A DNA stretch of 64,000 nucleotides from the NCBI GenBank assembly GCA_965218375.1, contig OZ244618.1:594794-658793 (forward strand), in the 5' to 3' direction. The position numbers were made by a program, and so were the translations under genes. Every line of letters starts with the position of its first letter. Position 1 is the first letter of the stretch. The stretch comes from Alphaproteobacteria bacterium (GTDB lineage Bacteria > Pseudomonadota > Alphaproteobacteria > G965218375). Below are positions 1-10,136 of the stretch, piece after piece. Below the pieces are notes generated by a model. The model saw nothing but the letters and a program-made list of their open reading frames with translations, did no database searches and was not told the origin of the DNA.

Positions 1-474
1 CAAATGGAAACCTTCAACTTGGTATTTTTTCTTAAGAGAGTCCAAAGCCTGGTCATAGCCATCAATAATCTTCATAGAGAACTGCGCCTTGGTCCACGTC
101 TGACTTGACGCGCACAAGGGCTGATCTGCCGTCTCTACATACTGACAGGGGCGCCCGAGATACACCACATTCTGGGATGAATCACGCACCGCCAACTTTA
201 AAGCTAAGGGGTTACGGGGTGTCGGATTTCCTGAAACCGTATACTTATTCACCCAAGAAAAACCATCCCCCTCGACATAAACAACCATCGGCCCGCCAAC
301 CGTTGTAGCCTTTAGGAAACCATACAAGGTGAAAAAACGTGTAGGAATCTCAGAACTTTCAAATGCTGCGCTTTGTGCAATTTGTACAGCATCACGCAAG
401 CGAATATCCGAAGAGTAAAAGGAACATGAAGAGAGAAAAAAGCACACAATGCTGATAAATATCGTTTTATTCAC
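1..474 (-). CDS. Putative lipoprotein, 3' end runs off window start. A GTG start at 474 gives MNKTIFISIVCFFLSSCSF, a signal peptide with an L-S-S-C lipobox. Function unknown.
   Basis: Manual translation of the minus strand shows an open frame from 474 to position 1 with a lipoprotein-type signal peptide. It is absent from the ORF track because no stop lies inside the window. Confidence 0.4.
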   Translation of the reverse strand, partial: MNKTIFISIVCFFLSSCSFYSSDIRLRDAVQIAQSAAFESSEIPTRFFTLYGFLKATTVGGPMVVYVEGDGFSWVNKYTVSGNPTPRNPLALKLAVRDSSQNVVYLGRPCQYVETADQPLCASSQTWTKAQFSMKIIDGYDQALDSLKKKYQVEGFHL

Positions 475-1122
475 CGCACAAAATCCAAACTTAAATAAGA
501 TACGAGGAGCCAAATCGAAGGTTTGACGATTTACGACCTTGAGTATACCCGTCAGATCGTGCAAAGCAATAGCAATACTGGCGAAATAAAGGGCTTTTCC
601 GTTAGGCGACCTTTTAAGCCCAAGGATGATGAAGATCCAGATTCTGGTTCTTTAAAGGCGCGGGTATCAGCAGAGTCAAACGGGAATTAATAATAAAAGA
701 CAAATGCATACCCCCCTCCAATCATTATCGTAAAACATGAAAATTGGAGGGGGGAACGAAATAAGAAATACATTGTTATTAAAGAAAACAATGGTCGTAT
801 GCTATGAAGTGTTTAGGCTTTTTATTTTTTTATTTATCTTATAAGAAAATGAAACTTGAAGTTTAATATGATAAATAACACTTATAACCTATCGTGCATT
901 TACAGAAATGGATCGCATAAAAATAGCATTTAAAAGGCAAGATGAACGCCAAAAAGGTCACCCTGAAAATCCCCGAGAAAAGGGAGCAACATTTAAAAAT
1001 GAACTCCTATGCGTTTCCAAGAGAGGGAAGTGAGCAAAAAAATATATTTAATGCTCTCTAAAGATTTATTATTTCAACAAAAAAATAGTATCGATGTTTT
1101 TTTTTAGATATTAAATTATAGT

Positions 1123-1152
1123 TTTAAATTAACGGGGGGTCCCCCCTTTAAT
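1123..1152. terminator. GC-clamped hairpin (AAATTAACGGGGGG-T-CCCCCCTTTAATTT) immediately 3' of the methyltransferase gene. Candidate bidirectional intrinsic terminator.
   Basis: Near-perfect inverted repeat with a G6/C6 core flanked by A/T runs, 6 bp past the stop of the 1158..2723 minus-strand CDS. Confidence 0.4.
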
Positions 1153-1157
1153 TTGAA

Positions 1158-2723
1158 CTATGCCACAAGAAGTTTCATAGTATTAAAGTTCCTTAATTCC
1201 GCTTTTACCATATCTAATATTTTTGTTGCTGTATCGGAAGATTTTAAATCTAAATCTTTTCCCTCAACTGTCAAATTCATTTTATTCTGTATAAGATCTT
1301 TTGTAAACAGTTTTGATATTCCTTCAACGGTATTTTGCCCATTTAAATATTGTATCATAATTCTTTGGTGGGTAGTAAGTCGAATAGAATAATGATCAAT
1401 ACTCGGGACCATATCGCCCAGCTGGCTATAATGCACTGAGGGTAGAAAGGCAACTGGCTTATCACTGACTGACTCTGACGTGCTGTTTTTATGACGTGTA
1501 AACGTTAAAAATCCATACGATAATAAATATGTACATAAATTGAGAACTTCTGATTTTATTTTATCTGAACTTTCATCGGGGAATATGGTAATAACCTTAT
1601 CAATAAGCTGTTCTATTGACGGATATTTACGAACTGATCGACTTAATTCAATACATGCAGAATAGACGGCAGGTATGCTTTCAATATTTATATATTCGTT
1701 TGAATCTTTTGCTAATTTTAATTTTATACACTCTAAGCTATGTACTTGGTCGTGGGTTATCGTGTTATCCGCAAGGGCACCTTTAAACAGCAAATTTAGA
1801 CCCGAAAGGCGATCACTGGTGATACTTTTATTAAACTTCGCTCCATTTTTCACAAGAAGGGATCGGCGAAAACGACGTTCATAAATGAAATCTAAGTATT
1901 GTTCTATTTCAACACCATTAAGGTCTTTAAATGATTCATGAAGAATTTTAGGCTTGTTAGACAGTGTCATAGTAGACAATGAAACATCTGAGAGATAGGT
2001 CAAATTATGTTGACCAGCTTTTCTCATAAATTCATGGAAATAGATACCATTATCTGATGTTTCTAAATAATCATGATATAAATACCAATTTCCAATTTCT
2101 TTAATAATGTCTAATTCACCTTTAATGATATTGTAATGGCCAGATTTTTCATCTATAAACTTATTATTAACAATAAATTCTAAAAAGGCGCGGCCTTGCT
2201 GGAGCTTCTCAAGGGGGTCTTCAAAGTTTTTGATATGATAACGTACCATATCGCGAACAGTCTTAGCTTTCCCCCACCCTGGTAACACATTATAACTTAT
2301 GTAGGCGATCCCCCTCTCGGATAGCACATTATTTATAGCTTTGAAGATTGAATCTTGTACTGCCTCACTGACCCACGAGTATACTCCATGAATAATAATG
2401 TAGTCGTATTTTTGCTCCATGAAGTCATAGTTGGAAATATCCTCAGCAATCATTGTGATATTTTTTAAGCCCATTCGGTCGATAATTTTTTTTGCTGTAT
2501 CAACTTGTTTTTGTGACATATCAACGCCCGTAAACTTAGCTTCGGGATACCGTGCAGCCAAGGGAATAATATTGCATCCCATTGCACTTCCGATTTCAAG
2601 CACATTGGCTTTTTTAATGTCTACAGCATCAAAATTAAGGAGTTTTGCAATTGCATTTATTGATTCTGGTGAAGTTTCAAAATAACAGTTATTTTGATAA
2701 GGAATGATATCATAACTATCCAT
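1158..2723 (-). CDS. Class I SAM-dependent methyltransferase with a long C-terminal 'methyltransferase regulatory domain'-type extension.
   Basis: N-terminal LEIGSAMGCNIIPLAARYPEAKFTGVDMSQKQVDTAKK is a Rossmann SAM-binding motif (G-x-G-x-G, acidic residue at the end of beta2). About 350 extra residues follow, typical of the predicted MT plus regulatory-domain family. Confidence 0.65.
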   Translation of the reverse strand: MDSYDIIPYQNNCYFETSPESINAIAKLLNFDAVDIKKANVLEIGSAMGCNIIPLAARYPEAKFTGVDMSQKQVDTAKKIIDRMGLKNITMIAEDISNYDFMEQKYDYIIIHGVYSWVSEAVQDSIFKAINNVLSERGIAYISYNVLPGWGKAKTVRDMVRYHIKNFEDPLEKLQQGRAFLEFIVNNKFIDEKSGHYNIIKGELDIIKEIGNWYLYHDYLETSDNGIYFHEFMRKAGQHNLTYLSDVSLSTMTLSNKPKILHESFKDLNGVEIEQYLDFIYERRFRRSLLVKNGAKFNKSITSDRLSGLNLLFKGALADNTITHDQVHSLECIKLKLAKDSNEYINIESIPAVYSACIELSRSVRKYPSIEQLIDKVITIFPDESSDKIKSEVLNLCTYLLSYGFLTFTRHKNSTSESVSDKPVAFLPSVHYSQLGDMVPSIDHYSIRLTTHQRIMIQYLNGQNTVEGISKLFTKDLIQNKMNLTVEGKDLDLKSSDTATKILDMVKAELRNFNTMKLLVA

Positions 2724-2820
2724 ATTCCTAAATTCTTTCCTTTAATTTACTCAAGTTAATAACCCCAAGGAAATGAGAGTACCTTGGGGTTAAATTTTAA
2801 TCACACAATGGATAAATTAA

Positions 2821-5800
2821 TTAGAATTTAAATCCTACTTTTAATGTTCCTGCGTGGTCAAATTGAGACTTCTTGATTGTTAAGTTGTATGAAACACCTA
2901 AGTTCCACAAACCATCATCATAATTAACACCAAATCCGATTTTTCCAGCTAACCCATCAGGGATAAAGCTTGTAGTGCTTTCTTTGTTTTCTTCTTCGTC
3001 ATCATCGCTGTCAACGTCTTCTTTTTCTGAAGTGTCTTTGTTCGAAACAATAAAGGTATCGACACTTTCACCGAAACTAGCTTTGTAATTGACATCTTCT
3101 TTACTACCGAATTCGTATCCAATTCCTAAGGATGCGTACGGAGTAACATGACCAACCCGCAGCTGAGTTCTTGATTCTATTTTAACGCCTCCATCTAGAT
3201 CGAAGATAGTTGCTGATGTGGATTCTACTGTTTGTGTAAAGCCCTTTTCTGACGTATTGACCGCTTTTTCAGTAAATCCATCTGTACTGGTACTTGCACC
3301 AGTAACACCAATTGATGGAACCAGACTTAGGTTAGAGGTACCGGTTTCAAACCCAATTGGAACACCAATTCTTGCTGAACCGTAAATGGTACTTCCTTTG
3401 TATTCAGCTGTGTAGGTGTTCTTTACTTCCGTTTCCAACTCACGGGTTGAAGAGTAGCTGTTAATGTTGTATCCACCGTTAATTTCTGCAAAGATACTGC
3501 CTGTACTAAATGAAGAATATAATGAGATACCATAGGATGAAATGGTGTTTTTGTGTCCACCTTGATTATCAACAGTAACTTCACCCAGACCATAAGTAAA
3601 GCTAGATCCAAGGATGAAACCGTCACCAACCTCAGCGTCTGCACCAACGGCAGCACCAAAGAAGTTTGCGGAATACCCATCTTTTTTACTGTCGGTTTCT
3701 GGAGTGTATTTGGAGATTGCCCCAAAAGGTTTAATCCATAAGTTGCTGCCACTGGTATACACATCTCCAGATGAGAACCCGCTGTCTGCGCGCAAAGTAG
3801 ACGTCCGTGATGAAACAGCGCCACTAATTTGTGATGCGACACTGCTGGCAATAGAGGAAGCCCCTTTGAATGCTGCAACCGGAATCACAACCTGTTCAGC
3901 AAACTTTTTCTTCTTTACCGCATCCTTTGAGATACTAGTAATGTACGTCCCTCCAGATGAAACCTTGTTCGCTAGTTTAAGTGCAGGGGCCAGACCAACA
4001 GATACACCAAATGATTCAGCGACTGCTTCAGCTGACTTTTCACCTTTGAAAGTAGCCACAATTGCTGCAGTAGCATTCGCTTTTGTAATTACAAAGTGAC
4101 TGAAAGGGTTACTTTCTACATCAAATTTATCGGCTGAAGCTCCAGCTTCGGATACTGAGAACAATTGGTACACACCACCTATCTTAGGTGTTGTAATGTT
4201 AACAACTATCTTGGAATTGGTAGCAGTAAGACCATTACCTTTAATTGTTCCAGTTATGATTGTAGCATTGGAAACACTCGATAAATCTGCAGTCACAGTA
4301 ATTGAAGAACCATCGTCAAGGTATACATCTCCAATTGTGTTCTCCTTCACAGCAAATGCCAGTTCATTTTTATGCACACTTCCACTGCCATTAAGAGCTG
4401 AAGCAAAAACCTGTTTATCGAAATTTACTTTACCATTAGCTTCAATCTTTATTGTTTTTAATTTTGTACTGCTAGCACCGATTTGCTGTTTAAAGGTTTT
4501 CAAACCAGTGCCTAAGACTTCAAGAACACCTTGATTATTGGTGGCTGTAGTTATAGGAGCATCAATTATTTGGGGAACACTTGATTCGAATTTAACACTT
4601 GAAGTATCTGGAGTAAATACAAATGCGTCAGCGTAAACATCTTTTTGAAAAACAACTGGTTTAGCTTCAGTACTATTCGAAATATCTATTTTTCCAATTT
4701 TATTATCTTCAGTCCCGATCTTACCTTTAAAGGTAGTGTTAGAATCACTAGTAATTTTGATTTCACCGTCAGCATCGGTTGCAGCTTTAATGCTTCCAAT
4801 AACAATGGAATCAGCAGCACCTGCAAATACAACTTTTGCCAATGCAGAACCATCATCTAAAGTTATATTTTCAGCTGTTACATTCTTTTTAAAGGTTGAA
4901 GTTGCACCACCTCCGCTATGATTACCACCTGTCACACTTATTTCAATTGCTTCTACATTCTCATCAAACGTTGCGTCCGCTACTATGGTATTGCCACCAC
5001 CAATGACTTTTATATTTTTCGAGGTTACAGCAGCAGAAAAATCAACTGTAGAAGCGACTGTAGCTGCAAGATCACCAATTGTTACTGATTCAAGACCTTT
5101 GTCACTAGCTCCTATCGCCCCTACATACGTTTGTTTACCAACAGCTAGGACTTTACCTGCTGCGCCTCCAAGGCCGGAAGCTGTATTCACACCACCTGAG
5201 ATTGGATCCTGAATCAGTGTTGGGTTAGTATCATGTTTTGATAAGAACTTTAATGTACCATCTCCTTTAACGACATATTTTGATTTAGTAGATCTGTCAG
5301 AGTTAATCCAGAATTTTTCGTTGGTGCCATCATCAGTTAATTTTGTCAGATCTAACGTAACAATTTTACCAGTATCTATATCAAAATCTAATGATGTGGT
5401 AGTTATCCCTATCGGGGAAGTCGCAGCATTATCAAGAAATAGAGACCCTGCACTAGCTGTCGCACTCTCAAATGTAATACTTTCTGTGAATCCTAAACTA
5501 AGTTTACCTGCAAATACAATGTCATTTCCAGTAAAACCAGAAGGAGCACTATTCTTTACCACATCGTCATTTAATGCAATCCCAGCTATTGTTTTTCCAG
5601 TTTCACCCGCAAATACTAATTTAACTAATTCAGAAACTGTACCATCTGCAGCTATTGCTATAATATTATCAGCATCATTTTTAGCTGCTTGTACAAATAA
5701 ATCTTCGGCAAGTTCCGCTCTATCTGTTGCAGCATGAGTGGAGGTGATGGTAAAATCAATAATAATTGGTGTGCTACCATTACCATTAGTACCAGCAACT

Positions 5801-5922
5801 CCCACTATATCAGCAGCATGAGCAGCGAGAGGGAATGCGGACATGGCGACTATTGACGCACCACCGATGAGCACTTTTTTTAATGAGTCTAGCGTATTTG
5901 TTTTGATATATTCTTTATTCAT
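2821..5922 (-). CDS. Autotransporter (type Va) outer-membrane protein with a large T/G/S/V-rich beta-helical passenger and a C-terminal beta-barrel translocator.
   Basis: Extended N-terminal signal peptide (…SIVAMSAFPLAAHAADI). Repetitive G/T/S/V/I-rich passenger, an acidic linker (EDVDSDDDEEENKE), and a C-terminal roughly 280-aa region of alternating hydrophobic beta-strands ending …TLKVGFKF (terminal aromatic). Confidence 0.8.
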   Translation of the reverse strand: MNKEYIKTNTLDSLKKVLIGGASIVAMSAFPLAAHAADIVGVAGTNGNGSTPIIIDFTITSTHAATDRAELAEDLFVQAAKNDADNIIAIAADGTVSELVKLVFAGETGKTIAGIALNDDVVKNSAPSGFTGNDIVFAGKLSLGFTESITFESATASAGSLFLDNAATSPIGITTTSLDFDIDTGKIVTLDLTKLTDDGTNEKFWINSDRSTKSKYVVKGDGTLKFLSKHDTNPTLIQDPISGGVNTASGLGGAAGKVLAVGKQTYVGAIGASDKGLESVTIGDLAATVASTVDFSAAVTSKNIKVIGGGNTIVADATFDENVEAIEISVTGGNHSGGGATSTFKKNVTAENITLDDGSALAKVVFAGAADSIVIGSIKAATDADGEIKITSDSNTTFKGKIGTEDNKIGKIDISNSTEAKPVVFQKDVYADAFVFTPDTSSVKFESSVPQIIDAPITTATNNQGVLEVLGTGLKTFKQQIGASSTKLKTIKIEANGKVNFDKQVFASALNGSGSVHKNELAFAVKENTIGDVYLDDGSSITVTADLSSVSNATIITGTIKGNGLTATNSKIVVNITTPKIGGVYQLFSVSEAGASADKFDVESNPFSHFVITKANATAAIVATFKGEKSAEAVAESFGVSVGLAPALKLANKVSSGGTYITSISKDAVKKKKFAEQVVIPVAAFKGASSIASSVASQISGAVSSRTSTLRADSGFSSGDVYTSGSNLWIKPFGAISKYTPETDSKKDGYSANFFGAAVGADAEVGDGFILGSSFTYGLGEVTVDNQGGHKNTISSYGISLYSSFSTGSIFAEINGGYNINSYSSTRELETEVKNTYTAEYKGSTIYGSARIGVPIGFETGTSNLSLVPSIGVTGASTSTDGFTEKAVNTSEKGFTQTVESTSATIFDLDGGVKIESRTQLRVGHVTPYASLGIGYEFGSKEDVNYKASFGESVDTFIVSNKDTSEKEDVDSDDDEEENKESTTSFIPDGLAGKIGFGVNYDDGLWNLGVSYNLTIKKSQFDHAGTLKVGFKF

Positions 5923-6297
5923 CTCAAATTCTTTCCTTATAACTTTGAATTAAAAAAACAAAACCAACAGAATATAATTCATATATTCTAAAATTTCTTT
6001 AAATTTATCTAAAAGTGTGTTTAAGCATTTAAAAATTAACTTTTAACTTATAAAACTAGCCTTTGCAGCTTAGCTTATCACTTTAAACTTAGCAAATAAA
6101 AAAACAAACTTGTTTTAACCCCCTAAAATCGATGGTGAGGACACTTAACAACACCTTTGAAAAATTATTAATATCACGTTTTTTTTATCTTTACAAATAT
6201 TTATTATAGATTTAAAAAAAATTATTTTTTTTAAATCGCCTCACGTCTCAGAGATTACGCTTTAACACTGGTATGGTGTCGCGTTAGGTTTTTTGGA

Positions 6298-6867
6298 CTA
6301 TTGAATAAGGCTGTAGGCCTTACTAAAACCGCGGAGTGAGGATTCAAACACCATGACATTTTCAACACCCCATGGCCGAATGCCAATGGAGAAGATGTTG
6401 CCAGCTTTCATAGATTTGATTAAAGTGTCGGTCATGACATAGCTGAAATCACACCCATCGGTTAAGCACCGTAAATATTGTGTATTTTTTTCCTCGAGGT
6501 CATCCACCTTAAAGACAGCACCTGGACGCAAATCAACGCCAAGGGGCACGCGTACAGACAGGAACGGTTGGCGGTCCTTATCGCCATTTTTGGTATGAAT
6601 AACCACGATTCTTACGGCGCGTCTGTTGGCATCATTGCCATCCTTATCCTGTTGGACAACGGACAACTCTTGAAACATAAAGCAAGAACTTTTATCTTGC
6701 GGATCTTGACACGTTACAGCCCAGTCACCCTCTCGCACAGTATTTGACCCTGCTGCTTCACTCCCCGTCTGTGCGGAGGCCTTAAGGGTACATAACACCA
6801 AAAGCACTGGGACAAAATACCATAGTTTGCGCGTATGACGCTGAAAAAAGTAATTATTTACAAACAT
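6298..6867 (-). CDS. ialB: Invasion-associated locus B (IalB) family protein, secreted/periplasmic.
   Basis: 189 aa with a signal peptide, paired conserved Cys (WAVTC…SSC; RCLTDGCDF) and overall length and composition typical of the alphaproteobacterial IalB family. Confidence 0.5.
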   Translation of the reverse strand: MFVNNYFFQRHTRKLWYFVPVLLVLCTLKASAQTGSEAAGSNTVREGDWAVTCQDPQDKSSCFMFQELSVVQQDKDGNDANRRAVRIVVIHTKNGDKDRQPFLSVRVPLGVDLRPGAVFKVDDLEEKNTQYLRCLTDGCDFSYVMTDTLIKSMKAGNIFSIGIRPWGVENVMVFESSLRGFSKAYSLIQ

Positions 6868-7047
6868 TAATTTTCCTTGAACATAAAAATACGAAAAAAT
6901 TCATGATAACGATAGATGTCTATTTCTTTCAGAACCGATACGACGTCATCAAACTTATTTCCAATTAAAATACCTCTATGAAATTATTATTGCAAATAAA
7001 ATATCGCTTAAGGTCGGTTAATGAGATAAATCTGGATGCGAATTTCA

Positions 7048-7785
7048 TCACACACTGCCATAAATCGGCGCAATAATTTCTATTCCTTTTAGGGATCCTC
7101 GGGCAATGGGGATGTTATATAACTGACGCAAATTTTCCTGATTAAGAATTTGTTGTGCATCCCCAAATATACTTGGCCTTTTCTCGTTCACCAACAGAGC
7201 CTTATGGGCAACTTGTAGCGCTTGCAGAGGACAATGGGTTGAGAAAATAACCACCTTCCCCTGTTCCGCGACGCTCTTTATGGTTTGAAGAACTTTATTT
7301 TGATTATAGTAGTCTAAGGATGAGGTGGGCTCGTCTAATATCATTATATCAGGGTTGGACACTAACGCCCGCGCAATTAATACCATTTGCCGTTGACCAC
7401 CACTTAACTGGGAAAAGTTTTCATGGGCAACGTGAGCCATGCCAACTTGGGCGAGAACCTCATAGGCTGCGCGCGCATTGTGTTGAGTGGGCGCCGCAAA
7501 GAGACCATTTTGACCACTTACCCCCATAACGACCATCTCGTGCACACTGTAATCAAAAGGGCTTAAGGTTGACTGGGGCACATAGGACTGCCGCCCCTTT
7601 ACCGTTATTTCTCCGTCGCTGATAGGGAGTAATCCTAGCAAACTTTTAATTAAGGTAGTCTTCCCCGCCCCATTGGCGCCTAAAATGGCAAGCACGTTCC
7701 CCTGCTCCACCTTAAAAGTCTGTCCTGAATAAATATTCCCGCGGCCCTTCGGATACCTAAAGGTAATATTTTTGACGCTAATCAT
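7048..7785 (-). CDS. ABC transporter ATP-binding protein, iron-chelate/hemin/B12 (FecE/FepC/HmuV) type.
   Basis: Walker A GANGAGKTTL, signature LSGGQRQMVLIARAL, Walker B ILDEPTSSLD. Overlaps the upstream permease gene by 8 nt. Confidence 0.85.
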   Translation of the reverse strand: MISVKNITFRYPKGRGNIYSGQTFKVEQGNVLAILGANGAGKTTLIKSLLGLLPISDGEITVKGRQSYVPQSTLSPFDYSVHEMVVMGVSGQNGLFAAPTQHNARAAYEVLAQVGMAHVAHENFSQLSGGQRQMVLIARALVSNPDIMILDEPTSSLDYYNQNKVLQTIKSVAEQGKVVIFSTHCPLQALQVAHKALLVNEKRPSIFGDAQQILNQENLRQLYNIPIARGSLKGIEIIAPIYGSV

Positions 7786-8860
7786 TGCCCCACCCTTTCA
7801 TCTGTCTGCGGTACAACAAATACCCAAATACTGGCGCTCCAAGTAAGGCTGTTAATACGCCGATGGGGATCTCACCGTAACTGGCTGTGCGGGCAACCGT
7901 GTCCACTAAAATCATATAAATCGCTCCTGAAAACATGGAAATAGGAATTAGACGCCCGTGATTTGCGCCCGTAATCATACGGGCAAAATGTGGTATAATC
8001 AAACCAACCCACCCAATTACGCCCGCAACTGAAACCGTTGAGGCAATCATCAGTGTTGAGGCTAAAAGAATTATCCAGCGGCTGCGATGCACATTGATGC
8101 CTAGCGAACGCGCCTCCTCATCGCCCAATGAGAGAAGATTGACCACAAAACGCATCTGATAGACCAAAAAACCCGCCGTCCCTAAGGGAAGGAGGACAAA
8201 TAGCACATCCACATAACTTGACTCGTTAAAGGAGCCCATCAACCAATAGACAATCGTCGGCAAGGTATCATCAGGATCAGCCGTATACTTAACCAAGGAG
8301 ACTAATGATGAGAAAAATGCTGACGTCACTATACCGCCCAACACCAAAGATAATATATTCTTACCCCCACCCGCCTTGGAAATACTCATGGTAAGGAAGA
8401 GGGCTCCGCACCCAAAGATAAAGGCAAATACAGGTATAAATATACTCTTGAGCACTAACAATATGGCGATCACGCCTCCGAAGGCAGCGCCCGACGACAC
8501 CCCGATAATTTGCGGGCCAACCAGCGGATTCCTAAACATGCCTTGAAGCGCAGCACCGCTAAGACCTAACACCGCTCCGCATATGCCTGATACCAAAATT
8601 CGCGGCATGCGTACCAACTCAATAACCCGTTCCTCCACCAGACGCCAACTGCTCTCAAGCTCTACAACATTGGCTAATAGAATCCATACCACTCGGGTAA
8701 ATGGTACATTAAAACGCCCCATCGATAAGGCAAATAAAATCGTCGCAAAAAGCAACAATACCATCAACACTACTTTGTACTGAAACCAGCGATCATGATG
8801 GATAGAGACATCCTTTGAAGGGGAAGGGGGCTGTTTAACCTGAGTTTCAGGGGATAACAT
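7778..8860 (-). CDS. FecCD-family iron-chelate ABC transporter permease.
   Basis: Polytopic membrane protein with the FecCD/BtuC-like glycine-rich core (…GVSSGAAFGGVIAILL…). Operon partner of the ATPase. Confidence 0.8.
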   Translation of the reverse strand: MLSPETQVKQPPSPSKDVSIHHDRWFQYKVVLMVLLLFATILFALSMGRFNVPFTRVVWILLANVVELESSWRLVEERVIELVRMPRILVSGICGAVLGLSGAALQGMFRNPLVGPQIIGVSSGAAFGGVIAILLVLKSIFIPVFAFIFGCGALFLTMSISKAGGGKNILSLVLGGIVTSAFFSSLVSLVKYTADPDDTLPTIVYWLMGSFNESSYVDVLFVLLPLGTAGFLVYQMRFVVNLLSLGDEEARSLGINVHRSRWIILLASTLMIASTVSVAGVIGWVGLIIPHFARMITGANHGRLIPISMFSGAIYMILVDTVARTASYGEIPIGVLTALLGAPVFGYLLYRRQMKGWGND

Positions 8861-8934
8861 TATTATATACGCTCCTTAACTTTATAGACACGCCCCGATT
8901 AGCTCTGAGTAATCGGGGCGTGTCTCATGCATGT

Positions 8935-10023
8935 TTATTTTATAATTTTCTCATAGTCACGCGCATCCTTATTCATTTGAGCCCGAAGCATGCGGTCAAG
9001 TTGCGCCTCGGTAGGTGCTTTGCCATATAAAAATGTGATGCCCTCTCTGACACTCTGACGCATGCTGCCCTCCAGTAAGCCTGGGTGAACTGTGCGGGTA
9101 AACCACTCCCACCCCAATGGTGACTCTTGGTTCGGCGGATCCCAACGATCCCCGCCAACAGGCACCTTATAAACACGTCTGTTCTTAACCGCCGCCAAAT
9201 CTGCAAAACGGGGATTCGCGTAAATCTTCTCTGGCGTCATTTTCATATTAAACCCAAATAACCAAATGATATCTGGATCTGCATTCAATAACATCTCTGC
9301 ATCAACATCAACAAACTTACCGCGAGTCATGACGTTTTTGGCGCCCGCCGTGTCCATAAAAAACTGAAAGTGGCTCTCAGGACCTGCTGCTCGACTCTCA
9401 TTCAATAAATAGACAACCGTAGGCTTTTCATGGTCTGGAATCGTCTTCGTTTTATCGGTAATTCGCTTATAAGCTCGGTCATGCCATGCAAAAACCTCTG
9501 ACGCCTTAGACTGTTTGTCTAAAATAATACTCACGTCTTTTAACCACGTCTTGGCAATATCAAGCTTACTGTACTTCATCGCCGCAACGGTTAATCCAGC
9601 CGCCTCCATGGCCGCAATGCTCTTGTCATGGCGCGCCCACTGCAAGACTAAATCTGTTTCAAGATTTAACAACTCCTCGATATTCGCGCTGCCGTTGTTA
9701 TCAATAATATTTGATGACGCCCGTTGCAAACTTGGGAAATACTCATGTAAAATCCCCTCCATAATCGCATTCTTAGAATTAGGAACCGTCGCAACAAGAC
9801 GATCGCCGCTCTCGTCAATGGTTACGACCATGGATCCAGATGGCGTCGCAATCGTCGCAATGCGTTTGGGAGTCTCGTCAAAATGGATCGTGCGCCCCAA
9901 TTGGTCCGTGAAGGTTAACGGTTGAGCATAAGATAAACTAACGCCCGAAAATGCGAGAAAAAATCCCGCAAACATCAGCCCAACGAACGCTTTTGTTTTT
10001 ACGAAACACATAATATAAATCAT
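8935..10023 (-). CDS. Periplasmic substrate-binding protein of the iron-siderophore/hemin/B12 ABC transporter.
   Basis: Signal peptide, about 360 aa, first gene of an SBP-permease-ATPase operon on the minus strand. Confidence 0.65.
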   Translation of the reverse strand: MIYIMCFVKTKAFVGLMFAGFFLAFSGVSLSYAQPLTFTDQLGRTIHFDETPKRIATIATPSGSMVVTIDESGDRLVATVPNSKNAIMEGILHEYFPSLQRASSNIIDNNGSANIEELLNLETDLVLQWARHDKSIAAMEAAGLTVAAMKYSKLDIAKTWLKDVSIILDKQSKASEVFAWHDRAYKRITDKTKTIPDHEKPTVVYLLNESRAAGPESHFQFFMDTAGAKNVMTRGKFVDVDAEMLLNADPDIIWLFGFNMKMTPEKIYANPRFADLAAVKNRRVYKVPVGGDRWDPPNQESPLGWEWFTRTVHPGLLEGSMRQSVREGITFLYGKAPTEAQLDRMLRAQMNKDARDYEKIIK

Positions 10024-10092
10024 CCTTGTCTTGCAAATTTTATGTCTGATTTAAATGTTGACCCTCGTCACAGATGAATCATTAAATTTTGA

Positions 10093-10136
10093 TATAATTT
10101 TCGTAATGAAAAGTTATAATTTTCGTGATGAAAAGT
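10093..10136. promoter_or_regulatory. Two tandem 22-bp direct repeats (ATAATTTTCGTRATGAAAAGTT), each containing the dyad TTTTCG-N4-GAAAA. Candidate operator upstream of the iron-uptake operon.
   Basis: Seen directly in sequence, about 70-115 bp upstream of the SBP start at 10023, inside a 630-bp intergenic region shared with divergent metY. Confidence 0.45.

Noticed and set aside
105-1392. Small plus-strand ORFs 105..308 and 1153..1392.
   Set aside because: The first lies antisense within the partial lipoprotein gene. The second is antisense to the 3' end of the methyltransferase gene and spans the terminator hairpin.
3423-5737. Several 60-160-aa ORFs on both strands inside the autotransporter gene (e.g. 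3423..3878, 3614..4099, 5321..5737).
   Set aside because: They are fully nested in the 1033-aa CDS, produced by its repetitive composition. No independent signals.
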